Source: Ferruginibacter sp. (GTDB taxonomy: Bacteria > Bacteroidota > Bacteroidia > Chitinophagales > Chitinophagaceae). Taken from it: a stretch of DNA of 64,000 bases. Position 1 is the stretch's first letter, and every line of letters starts with the position of its first letter. The notes beneath the pieces were generated by a model that saw only the letters and a list, made by a program, of their open reading frames with translations, made no database searches and was not told the DNA's origin. The stretch is from NCBI GenBank assembly GCA_017988335.1, contig JAGNRZ010000001.1, positions 2,920-66,919 of the forward strand, read 5' to 3'. Below are positions 1 to 7,904 of this stretch, in pieces. The position numbers and the translations under genes are program-made.

Positions 1-140
1 TACTTGCCACCGGAAATAATGGTACTTCCATAGTTTTTGATTATGAAAGAACTAATTTACAGGAAGAGATTGAGAACAAAAAAAGTAGCCTGAAAAAGCA
101 ATTATCAGACATAGAAACCCATATTGAAAAAGGGAACTAA
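1..140 (+). CDS. 3' end of an unidentified CDS that enters from upstream of the window (...LATGNNGTSIVFDYERTNLQEEIENKKSSLKKQLSDIETHIEKGN*)
   Basis: Open frame from the window edge (frame 3) to TAA at 138-140. No recognisable motif. Confidence 0.3.
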   Translation, partial: LATGNNGTSIVFDYERTNLQEEIENKKSSLKKQLSDIETHIEKGN

Positions 141-237
141 TTAAGATACAGGAAAATTATTGATGAGTGCTCTAACTAAATAACTACCCTTCAACTTGCA
201 GTTTTGTGCAAGTGTGATTGTACAAACAAACATTAGC

Positions 238-350
238 CAAGTGTGTAAACATCCCGTTGTGTTAAGTTATAACAATGGTGTAATTGGTTAAAAATAACAA
301 CACCCTTTCCTTAACACAGGGCAATGCAACCAAAGTTGCTCGAAAAAAAT
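238..350. repeat. Intergenic repeat, copy A (about 115 nt, roughly 80% identical to copy B at 1313-1428)
   Basis: Hand alignment of gtgtgtaaacatcccgttgtgttaagttataacaatggtgtaattggttaaaaataacaacaccctttccttaacacagggcaatgcaa against the 1317-1410 region. Contains the internal inverted repeat GTGTTAAG/CTTAACAC. Confidence 0.7.
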
Positions 351-486
351 AAATTAACTCAAAAGAATATCGAATATTTTTTGTGCATTACCTACTATTC
401 TACAATTAAGTGACTCTAATCATATTTAATGCAAAGTATCACCAATACATTCGTTAAAATATTTTCACTTTTAATATCAAAAGGTA

Positions 487-900
487 ATGAATGGCAAAAA
501 CAACATAGCAATAGGTTTTTTAACAATGGGTTTTTTTATGGCGTATGGGTTTTTACTAATTTACTTTCGTGACTTTGCACCAAGCAAAGTAGAATGGGCT
601 AACTCTTATAGTATCGGTAAACATTTTGAAACTAGACTTGCACATGTGCATGGCAATCTTTTTGCATTTCTCAATATTCTAATAGGATATTTATTACTTC
701 GTTTTAGCGACAAACTTAAAAATGTAAAAGCCATCTCGTGGCTAGCATTGATAGGCTTATTAATGCCACTTGGAATTTTATCCGAAGTGTATTTTGGCTT
801 ACCGCCTGTTTTAGTTTTAATAGGTGCAATTACAATAACAGTTTCCGTAGTTTGGCTTGGAATTGCGTTTCTTAAAATGAAGCCATTAACTCAATTATGA
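487..900 (+). CDS. Small integral membrane protein, unknown family (about 4 TM helices)
   Basis: ATG start and a 137-aa ORF with four hydrophobic stretches. No antisense competitor. Confidence 0.65.
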   Translation: MNGKNNIAIGFLTMGFFMAYGFLLIYFRDFAPSKVEWANSYSIGKHFETRLAHVHGNLFAFLNILIGYLLLRFSDKLKNVKAISWLALIGLLMPLGILSEVYFGLPPVLVLIGAITITVSVVWLGIAFLKMKPLTQL

Positions 901-977
901 AAAAGGTAATACTTTATTTGGTAGTTGCTGTATTGATAGGCTTTGGGGTTTGCTCTATTTGCTTATTTCACCATTAA
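897..977 (+). CDS. Possible 26-aa single-TM micropeptide MKKVILYLVVAVLIGFGVCSICLFHH
   Basis: ATG at 897 overlaps the TGA of the upstream ORF (ATGA). One hydrophobic helix followed by a CxxC..HH tail. Not in the supplied ORF track because it is shorter than 60 aa. Confidence 0.3.
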   Translation: MKKVILYLVVAVLIGFGVCSICLFHH

Positions 978-992
978 TAAAAAGACAATCAA

Positions 993-1280
993 ATGAACAT
1001 AAAAGATTTGCACCAAGACACAAAAGCAATTTCAACAGCTTTGGTATTTAAAACAACAGAAGGTAATGTTACCTCAATTCAAATATTAGCAAACCAGCAA
1101 TTAAAAGAACACATTACAAAAGTGCCAGCTATGTTACTTTGTTTGACAGGTGAAGCTATTTTTGAGAACGAGAATGGCATTAAAATTACACTGACAACAG
1201 GTGAATTTGTGAACATTGAACCTAATGTCAAACATTGGGTAAATGCAAAATCTATAAGCAATTTAATACTCATTAAATAG
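993..1280 (+). CDS. Cupin-domain small protein
   Basis: 95-aa ORF. The pattern ...LKEHITKVPAMLLCLTGEAIFE...GEFVNIEPNVKHWV resembles a single-domain cupin beta-barrel with a His-containing motif. Confidence 0.6.
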   Translation: MNIKDLHQDTKAISTALVFKTTEGNVTSIQILANQQLKEHITKVPAMLLCLTGEAIFENENGIKITLTTGEFVNIEPNVKHWVNAKSISNLILIK

Positions 1281-1312
1281 CTACATTTTTTCAGCAACAT
1301 CTCCTCTTCCCT

Positions 1313-1428
1313 ACAAGTGTGTAAGCAAGATGTTGAGTTAAGTTATAACGATGGGGTAGTTGGTTAAAAATTGCAACGTCCTTTCCTTAGCACAAGGCTA
1401 TGCAAAAAAGACATTGCTTGAAAAAATA
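1313..1428. repeat. Intergenic repeat, copy B (paired with 238-350)
   Basis: See copy A. Includes the GCAACGTC motif, which is also seen at 60413. Confidence 0.7.
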
Positions 1429-1538
1429 GACCCCTCTGCTATTTGTTAAAAAAAACTATAAATTTTTACACAATAAACAAATAACATACTTTATTATTGT
1501 AATAAGAGGTTGTACCTTTCTGTTTCAAATTTTTGAAC

Positions 1539-3062
1539 ATGAAAAAGGTCTTTTTATTTATAACCATTTGTACATCGCTTTTTGCAACTGCACAAACAGA
1601 TACCATTCCCTCTTTTGTAAAAGATAGTTTAGATAGTTATGTAAACAAAGCTCTTGTAGATTGGCAAATACCTGGTGTAGCCGTATGCGTTATTAAAAAT
1701 GGTAAAGTAGCCGTAATGAAAGGGTTTGGTGTAAAAGAAGTGGGCACAACAGATAAGGTAGACGATAATACTTTGTTTTTTATTGGTAGCAATACCAAAG
1801 CTTTTACGGGCACTGCGTTAGCTATGTTGGATGCAGAAAAAAAATTATCGTTAGATGATAAAGTACAAAAATGGCTACCTGATTTTAAGCTGTACGACCC
1901 TTGGGTAGCTAAAGAAGCCAACATAAGAGATTTACTTTGTCATCGCTTAGGTTTTGAAACCTTTCAAGGCGATTTTATGTATTTTGATAGCGACTTAACT
2001 ACTGCACAAGTAAGAGAAAAAATGAGCAAACTAAAACCGCTTTATGGTTTTAGAAACAAATGGGGCTATACCAACTCTGCTTTTATGACGGCAGGAGAAA
2101 TTATACCCAAAGCATCGGGTAAAACTTGGGCACAATACATAACTGAGAATATTTTTAAGCCTTTAGGCATGAATAATAGTTTGGCATTATCAAAAGACAT
2201 TAATACATCTAACAATAAATGTGCAGCACATACTGTAGTGTTGGGTGAGCTTAAAAAAATACCTTACGGAAATATTGATAACCTTGCCGCCGCAGGTAGT
2301 ATAGCCAGTAGCATTAGCGATATGAGTAAATGGGTAACTACCCTTTTAGCTGGAGGTAAATTAGACGGTAAACAAGTTATTCCGTTATCTGCTATTCAAC
2401 AAACAAGAACACCACATTCTATTTTAGGTAATGGTGGACATATGTTTAACAAAGCACATTTTAACTTATACGGACTTGGCTGGTTTTTAGAGGAATATGC
2501 TGGACGAAAAATTGTAGCCCATACCGGTGGCGTTAATGGTTTTGTAACTAGTGTATGCCTAATACCCGAAGAAAAATTAGGGATTATTGTTTTAACCAAT
2601 ACAGATGCTAATAATTTTTTTGAAGCTTTGCGTAACGAAATACAAGATGCATATTTAGGTTTACCTTATCGTAATTATAGCAAAGTATTTTTAGGTTACC
2701 AACAGGCTGATGAAAAAGAAAAAGAGAAACAACATAAAATAATTAGAGATAGTATTGCCATGAATCTTTCTACTGCCTTACCTTTATCTGCTTACGCAGG
2801 AGAGTATATGCATGATGTGTATGGAAAAATGAATATTAAGATAGAAGATGGTAAACTTATCATGCGTTTTGAACATCATAAAGGTAGATATGGCACACTA
2901 GAGGCTTTGGGCGGTAATCGTTTTTTCTGTACGTATAACGACCCTTTGTATGGCATGAAAAAATTAGAATTTACTGTGGCCAATAATAAAGTAAAATCAT
3001 TAACCGTAAAGGTGGCAGACTTTGTAGAGTTTACACCGTATGAATTTAAAAAAGTAAAATAA
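1539..3062 (+). CDS. Secreted serine hydrolase of the beta-lactamase / penicillin-binding (class C-like) family
   Basis: Signal peptide MKKVFLFITICTSLFATAQ. SxxK motif (GSNTKAF), YxN motif (YTNSAF) and a KTG-like HTG (AHTGGVNGF). ATG at 1539 is preferred over the TTG at 1533 used by the ORF track. Confidence 0.85.
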   Translation: MKKVFLFITICTSLFATAQTDTIPSFVKDSLDSYVNKALVDWQIPGVAVCVIKNGKVAVMKGFGVKEVGTTDKVDDNTLFFIGSNTKAFTGTALAMLDAEKKLSLDDKVQKWLPDFKLYDPWVAKEANIRDLLCHRLGFETFQGDFMYFDSDLTTAQVREKMSKLKPLYGFRNKWGYTNSAFMTAGEIIPKASGKTWAQYITENIFKPLGMNNSLALSKDINTSNNKCAAHTVVLGELKKIPYGNIDNLAAAGSIASSISDMSKWVTTLLAGGKLDGKQVIPLSAIQQTRTPHSILGNGGHMFNKAHFNLYGLGWFLEEYAGRKIVAHTGGVNGFVTSVCLIPEEKLGIIVLTNTDANNFFEALRNEIQDAYLGLPYRNYSKVFLGYQQADEKEKEKQHKIIRDSIAMNLSTALPLSAYAGEYMHDVYGKMNIKIEDGKLIMRFEHHKGRYGTLEALGGNRFFCTYNDPLYGMKKLEFTVANNKVKSLTVKVADFVEFTPYEFKKVK

Positions 3063-3065
3063 ACA

Positions 3066-3617
3066 ATGGAAGACAATCAATTAGTATTAGGCGTAGGTAC
3101 AAGATTGCAACATATGCAACACGGCCCTGGCGTAATTGTGGGGGTAAAATATGCCACCTACATTATTTCGTTTATTAATGTGGGTGTAAAAGAAATTGAT
3201 AAAACCGATGATAAGCTTGAAGAAATTATTGCCGAAAATGTAACCCTTGAAGTAGAAACTACATCTGCCGTAGAAAAAAGTATTTTAAAAATTTTACGCC
3301 AATGGAGTGATGTTACAGAAATTATACCACTTGGCGATAAATGGATTGGCGGCACCATGCTTTTACAAGCTGCTGATAAAACACTTAAGCCAAAAGAAAT
3401 TCCTATTGAAGATTTTTTTCATAAAATAGTAATGCTTAGAGATAGGCTACGTGTACTTGAGCAAAATATAAACAGCAACAAAAAACTAAGCGATGAGGAA
3501 AAAGTAAATATTCAACAATACATTACTCGTTGCTACGGCTCATTAACTACTTTTAATGTACTCTTTAAAAATAAAGAGCAATGGTTTGTGGGAGATAAGG
3601 GAAGTAAAGAAGATTAA
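3066..3617 (+). CDS. Hypothetical protein (183 aa, cytoplasmic)
   Basis: ATG start 4 nt after the preceding stop. The N-terminus (GTRLQHMQHGPGVIVGV) is faintly SH3/tudor-like. No firm family assignment. Confidence 0.6.
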   Translation: MEDNQLVLGVGTRLQHMQHGPGVIVGVKYATYIISFINVGVKEIDKTDDKLEEIIAENVTLEVETTSAVEKSILKILRQWSDVTEIIPLGDKWIGGTMLLQAADKTLKPKEIPIEDFFHKIVMLRDRLRVLEQNINSNKKLSDEEKVNIQQYITRCYGSLTTFNVLFKNKEQWFVGDKGSKED

Positions 3618-3638
3618 TTAAACAAAAAACTAACTACT

Positions 3639-4814
3639 ATGCACAAAATATTTATATTCACTTGCCTTTTTTTGTGCAGTTATTTTTTTGTTGATGCACA
3701 AGCGTATAAAAAAATACATTTTAATAGTATTGTAATAGATACTCACAACGATATACCTACAACAGCTATTGACAAAGGCCTACCTTTTGATGCTGATTTA
3801 AAAACTAAAACACATAGTGATCTACAACGCATGAAAGATGGTGGTGTGGATGCACAATTTTTTTCTATTTGGTGTGATGGTCTTAAGCAAAAGCCTTTTG
3901 AATGGGCCAATACAGAAATAGATACGGTAATGGCATGGGTAAATCGTAATCCATCAAAAATGATGTTGGCAAAATCGGTGAGTGATATAAAGAAAGCTGT
4001 AAGGCAAAAAAAGCTAGCCTCCTTATTTGGAGTAGAAGGTGGTCACATGATAGAAAATGATTTGAATAAATTGGAAGCGTTGTATATAAGAGGTGTACGA
4101 TATATGACACTTACCTGGAATAATAGCACCGATTGGGCAACATCTGCATTAGACGAAACTACCAACGCCAATACTTTAAAACATAAAGGCTTAACAGAAT
4201 TTGGGAAATCTGTAGTAAAAAAAATGAACGACCTAGGGATGCTGGTTGATTTAAGCCATGTAGGTGAACAAACATTTTGGGATGCAATCAATACTACAAC
4301 AAAACCTGTTTTAGTAAGTCATAGCTGTGTATATGCTTTATGCCCACACAGACGAAATTTAAAAGATGAACAAATAAAGGCAATAGGTAAAAACGGAGGC
4401 GTTATTCATTTAAATTTTTACAGCGGCTTTGTTGACTCTGCTTTTGAAAAACGTAGCGATGCATTTACAACAAAACATAAAATAGAAATGGATTCGTTGT
4501 TAAAAATAAATCCTGAGCCTTATTTTATGCAAGTATATTTATTTGAAAAATACCCTGATGAAGTAAAAAATATGCGGCCGCCATTAAGCATGTTAATAGA
4601 CCATTTAGATTACATAGTAAAACTAATTGGCGTAAACCATGTAGGCTTAGGAAGCGACTTTGATGGTGTAAACAGCCTACCCCAACAGTTAGATGATGTG
4701 ACAGCCTTGCCTTTAATAACAAAAGCTCTTGTGGAAAGAGGGTATAGGAAAAAAGATATAGAAAAAATATTAGGTGGCAATTTTTTGCGGTTGCTTAAGG
4801 CAAATGAAAAATAA
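3639..4814 (+). CDS. Membrane (renal-type) dipeptidase, peptidase family M19
   Basis: Signal peptide. Zn-ligand motif DTHNDIP, then EGGH, LSHVG, VSHS and GLGSDFDG, in the order typical of M19. Confidence 0.9.
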   Translation: MHKIFIFTCLFLCSYFFVDAQAYKKIHFNSIVIDTHNDIPTTAIDKGLPFDADLKTKTHSDLQRMKDGGVDAQFFSIWCDGLKQKPFEWANTEIDTVMAWVNRNPSKMMLAKSVSDIKKAVRQKKLASLFGVEGGHMIENDLNKLEALYIRGVRYMTLTWNNSTDWATSALDETTNANTLKHKGLTEFGKSVVKKMNDLGMLVDLSHVGEQTFWDAINTTTKPVLVSHSCVYALCPHRRNLKDEQIKAIGKNGGVIHLNFYSGFVDSAFEKRSDAFTTKHKIEMDSLLKINPEPYFMQVYLFEKYPDEVKNMRPPLSMLIDHLDYIVKLIGVNHVGLGSDFDGVNSLPQQLDDVTALPLITKALVERGYRKKDIEKILGGNFLRLLKANEK

Positions 4815-5010
4815 TTTAGCATCTTATAATTCCTTATCCATTCTTCCTTTAAAATTAGCACTAACCTTAACCGCTAAAATTAATTTCATTGATATGAAAG
4901 CTGAAATGCCATTGTCAAAAGCCTTCTTTGAGTGTGATAAAAATACCCAATACCCACATTGCATAAGCCAACTATTGCTATTATATTTACAATAACTAAA
5001 AACAAATGAA

Positions 5011-5502
5011 ATGAAAAAAATCTTATTCTTTGCACTGGTAGCCACTTTTTGTATTACGCTATTTTCTTGCACAAATGAAGCTGAAAAAAAAGAAGTCACT
5101 TCAAGTTTTAATTTAGACTCAGTTAAAGCGGCTATTGCTGCAAGTAATGCTACGTTTGGTGGTGGTTTTGCCACTGGCGACTCTACCGCTTTTGTAAGCC
5201 ACTACACTAGCGATGCTTGTATTAACCCCTCTAACATGCCAAAAATGTGTGGCACACAGGCCATTACTGCTTTTTTTAATGGCGGCTATAAAATGGGAAT
5301 ACGTGGTGTAAAAATTACTACCGATGAAGTTATGGGTGGCAAAGATGGTGTAATTGAAACAGGCGCTTACGAAATGTTTGCAGATAAAGGTGTTTCTATA
5401 GATAAAGGAAAATTTATTGTTATGTGGAAAGAAGAAAACGGTAAATGGAAAATGCATAGGGATGTATGGAATACAAACTTGCCTGCTGCCTCTGCAAAAT
5501 AA
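5011..5502 (+). CDS. Lipoprotein with a SnoaL-like / DUF4440 (NTF2-fold) domain
   Basis: Lipobox LFSCTN. C-terminal GKFIVMWKEENGKWKMHRDVWN is typical of the DUF4440 family. Confidence 0.75.
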   Translation: MKKILFFALVATFCITLFSCTNEAEKKEVTSSFNLDSVKAAIAASNATFGGGFATGDSTAFVSHYTSDACINPSNMPKMCGTQAITAFFNGGYKMGIRGVKITTDEVMGGKDGVIETGAYEMFADKGVSIDKGKFIVMWKEENGKWKMHRDVWNTNLPAASAK

Positions 5503-5521
5503 ATTTTAATAGTATTATCTT

Positions 5522-5548
5522 AAAGCCGATGCAAAATGCATCGGCTTT
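5522..5548. terminator. Bidirectional rho-independent terminator between convergent genes
   Basis: Perfect 12-bp stem AAAGCCGATGCA / TGCATCGGCTTT with a 3-nt loop, and A/T runs on both sides. Confidence 0.8.
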
Positions 5549-5673
5549 ACTTATTTAATGTATGTTAATTTACTTTACTCAAAAAAATATTCCTTATTTT
5601 AATACTACATTAGGTATTATGTAATAATATATTTTTTACAGTTTTATCTTTGCATACTTCTACTATTATTAAT

Positions 5674-6342
5674 TTATTCTTTAGGCTTTCCTACAATTGA
5701 AACGTTTTCAAATGTCCCTTCTGTAATCATCAATTCTACTTTGCTGTCTCTTTTCATTGTGTACACTTTGTTATACATTTTTGCTTTAAACGTACCACTT
5801 GCCAAATAAGGGTTGCCAAATTCTGCAGTTGCATCTTTTTCTATTTTTGTGATTGTTAAGGTAAATTCTGTACCAGCATTTACAGCATTTGAGTTTGCAC
5901 TAAAATCGCTAGAGCCGCCAGCATTAGCTGTTTCATATCTTGTAAACGAAGCATTGTTTTCATTTGTAATAGTATAAGTAGCAGGCTCAAACTTAAAGTC
6001 TTTTATACCAAAATTTAACCACCCTCTATGTGGCCTACTTGAAACATCTCCCATTAAGCCAAGGTTTAAAAATTTTGTTACATGTGTATATGTGCCTAAT
6101 TGTGCATCGCCGTCATTGGCTGCACCTTTTTTTGTGTTGGCCAAAGTGTCATTTACTTTAAATGATACCACAGCTTTGTCATAAGGGTCGCTACTGGTGG
6201 ATGAAGATGTAGGTGTAGTTTGAGTTGTTGAACTGGTGGTAGCACTTGTAGTCACTTCTTTAGCTTTTTCTTCTTTATTGTTGCAAGATGAAATAAGCAA
6301 AGAGAATACTAACGATGTAACTAGTAGTTTTTTTGATGTCAT
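5674..6342 (-). CDS. Lipoprotein of unknown function (Thr/Ser-rich linker plus a beta-rich domain), last gene of the CDCL operon
   Basis: Lipobox LLISSCNN and a TTSATTSSTTQTTPTSSSTSS linker. C-terminal ...ITEGTFENVSIV resembles small Bacteroidota lipoprotein families (DUF6252-like; weak call). Lies 18 nt downstream of the preceding gene. Confidence 0.7.
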   Translation of the reverse strand: MTSKKLLVTSLVFSLLISSCNNKEEKAKEVTTSATTSSTTQTTPTSSSTSSDPYDKAVVSFKVNDTLANTKKGAANDGDAQLGTYTHVTKFLNLGLMGDVSSRPHRGWLNFGIKDFKFEPATYTITNENNASFTRYETANAGGSSDFSANSNAVNAGTEFTLTITKIEKDATAEFGNPYLASGTFKAKMYNKVYTMKRDSKVELMITEGTFENVSIVGKPKE

Positions 6343-6360
6343 TTTTTTATTTTTGATTGA

Positions 6361-7872
6361 TTAGTAATGCATAATTTTTGTTCTTGCCCTACCTGTATTA
6401 TCATCTGCATTTGCAGCAACAAAATATTGACTATAGTATTGTTCAAATGAAATTTCTTTAAACTCTCCATCGGCAGGGTCTATAACTTGTAATGTAGTTT
6501 CACCAATACTGCCGTTTCCAAATATTCCTACAATTACAATAGCATGAAAAACGGGTCGATTTAAAGACGCACTATATACAGTTACTATAGGGGCTCTTGA
6601 GCTTTCCAATCTTCTTCTAATAAATGCAGGATTTATATCTATAGAAATATTTTCTGGTATCATACCAATTGCTCTTGCAAAATCTTCATGATCTTGCCAT
6701 GCTAGTCCTGTGTTTTGATTGTAATATCCTATATATGGCTCTCCTATCATATTTACTAATTGTGCTTCATCAACACTTCTATTATGTTTATATGAATATG
6801 CCATGGCTGCGGCAGCTGCCCAACAACTATTTGAATAACGTTGTCTTCGCTGTGACAAATTTCTTGGCTCTAAAGCAAAGCCCGATGATTCGTTTGGATG
6901 AAAGCCATTAGGGTTATTTCTATTAGAGCTGCCAGAAGGAGTTCCTTTTTGTTGATTTTCATTTGTATTTCCTGATGCATTATTGTTTGTCGTTCTTTCC
7001 TCATATACATTGTTAGAAGATGCAGTTCCCCAACCGTTGTTGCTGTTGTTTGAATTGCTTGCTGGTTGTTTGCCGCTGTTATCGTTGCTACCGTTATTAT
7101 TTCCCCAACCGTTGTTGCTATTGTTTGAATTGGTTGCTGGTTGTTTGCCACTGTTATCGTTGCTGCCGTTATTATTTCCCCAACTGTTGTTGTTGTTGTT
7201 TGAATTGGTTGCTGGTTGTTTGCCGCCGTTATCGTTGCTGCTGCTATTATTTCCCCAACCGTTGTTGCTGTTGTTTGAATTGCCTACTGGTTGTTTACCG
7301 CTGTTATTGTTGCTACCGTTATTATTTCCCCAACCGTTGTTATTGTTTGAATTGCTTGCTGGTTGTTTGCCACTGTTATCGTTGGTGCCACTATTATTTC
7401 CCCAACTGTTGTTGTTGTTAGAATTGCTTGCTGGTTGTTTGCCGCTGTTATCATTGCCCCATCCATCATTTGTTTGGTATGGGTCATTTACATTTCTTTG
7501 TCCGTTAGGATTATTATTTTGCCCATTGTTATTGGATGGATTGTTTATACCATTAGTACCACCCCAACCACCGCCTGCATTCTGTTTGTCGTTGGAGTTT
7601 TGTGGCTGCTTTCCTCCGTTGTTTTGTTGACTTTGATTTGTATTTCGATGATTTCTAAAGACACTCATAACACTCGTATCACTATTATTACCTTGATTTG
7701 CATTTTGATGTGATGAGTTATTTGTATTATTGTTGCTATTGGTATTTCCCCAACCGCCACCTGCATTTTGTTTATCGTTGGAGTTTTGCGGCTGCTTTCC
7801 TCCATTGTTATTTTGTGCTAAGCCTTTTTGTAAAGTACAAATAAGTACTAGGGCTAAAATAATTTTATTCAT
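6361..7872 (-). CDS. Secreted protein with a long Asn/Gly/Ser/Gln-rich tandem-repeat region plus a C-terminal papain-like cysteine peptidase (C70/C39-like)
   Basis: Signal peptide MNKIILALVLICTLQKGLAQ. About 6 copies of a 25-aa repeat NSGKQP[AV]SNSNN.NNGWGNNNGSND. The C-terminal 171 aa carry Q..(N)SCWAAAAAMA (Cys nucleophile, nt 6823-6825), FHAIVIVG (His, nt 6544-6546) and VIDPADG. Confidence 0.8.
   Translation of the reverse strand: MNKIILALVLICTLQKGLAQNNNGGKQPQNSNDKQNAGGGWGNTNSNNNTNNSSHQNANQGNNSDTSVMSVFRNHRNTNQSQQNNGGKQPQNSNDKQNAGGGWGGTNGINNPSNNNGQNNNPNGQRNVNDPYQTNDGWGNDNSGKQPASNSNNNNSWGNNSGTNDNSGKQPASNSNNNNGWGNNNGSNNNSGKQPVGNSNNSNNGWGNNSSSNDNGGKQPATNSNNNNNSWGNNNGSNDNSGKQPATNSNNSNNGWGNNNGSNDNSGKQPASNSNNSNNGWGTASSNNVYEERTTNNNASGNTNENQQKGTPSGSSNRNNPNGFHPNESSGFALEPRNLSQRRQRYSNSCWAAAAAMAYSYKHNRSVDEAQLVNMIGEPYIGYYNQNTGLAWQDHEDFARAIGMIPENISIDINPAFIRRRLESSRAPIVTVYSASLNRPVFHAIVIVGIFGNGSIGETTLQVIDPADGEFKEISFEQYYSQYFVAANADDNTGRARTKIMHY
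7028..7460. repeat. In-frame 75-nt tandem repeat (about 6 copies) inside the CDS 6361-7872
   Basis: The ccccaacc anchors recur at 7028, 7103, 7178, 7253, 7328 and 7400, a period of 75/75/75/75/72 nt. A degenerate copy follows. Confidence 0.9.
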
Positions 7873-7904
7873 AAAAAAAATATTAGAATGATATAATTAA
7901 AATG

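Noticed and set aside
4774-5174. ORFs 4774-4995 (+) and 4824-5174 (-) in or across the dipeptidase/SnoaL intergenic region
   Set aside because: They overlap better-supported genes or low-complexity intergenic DNA, have no motifs and show odd composition. They are probably spurious.
7028-7460. Regularly spaced repeats that could superficially suggest a CRISPR array
   Set aside because: The repeats are contiguous with no unique spacers, are in frame (75 nt = 25 aa), and lie inside a long ORF with a signal peptide. No cas genes are nearby.
6983-7713. Long plus-strand ORFs (215, 133 and 116 aa; Leu/Cys/Pro-rich) overlapping the Asn-rich gene
   Set aside because: They are antisense read-throughs of the 75-nt tandem repeat: AAC/AAT-rich codons read as GTT/ATT-type codons on the other strand. 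They have no start context, signal or domain, whereas the minus-strand frame continues into a bona fide peptidase domain.
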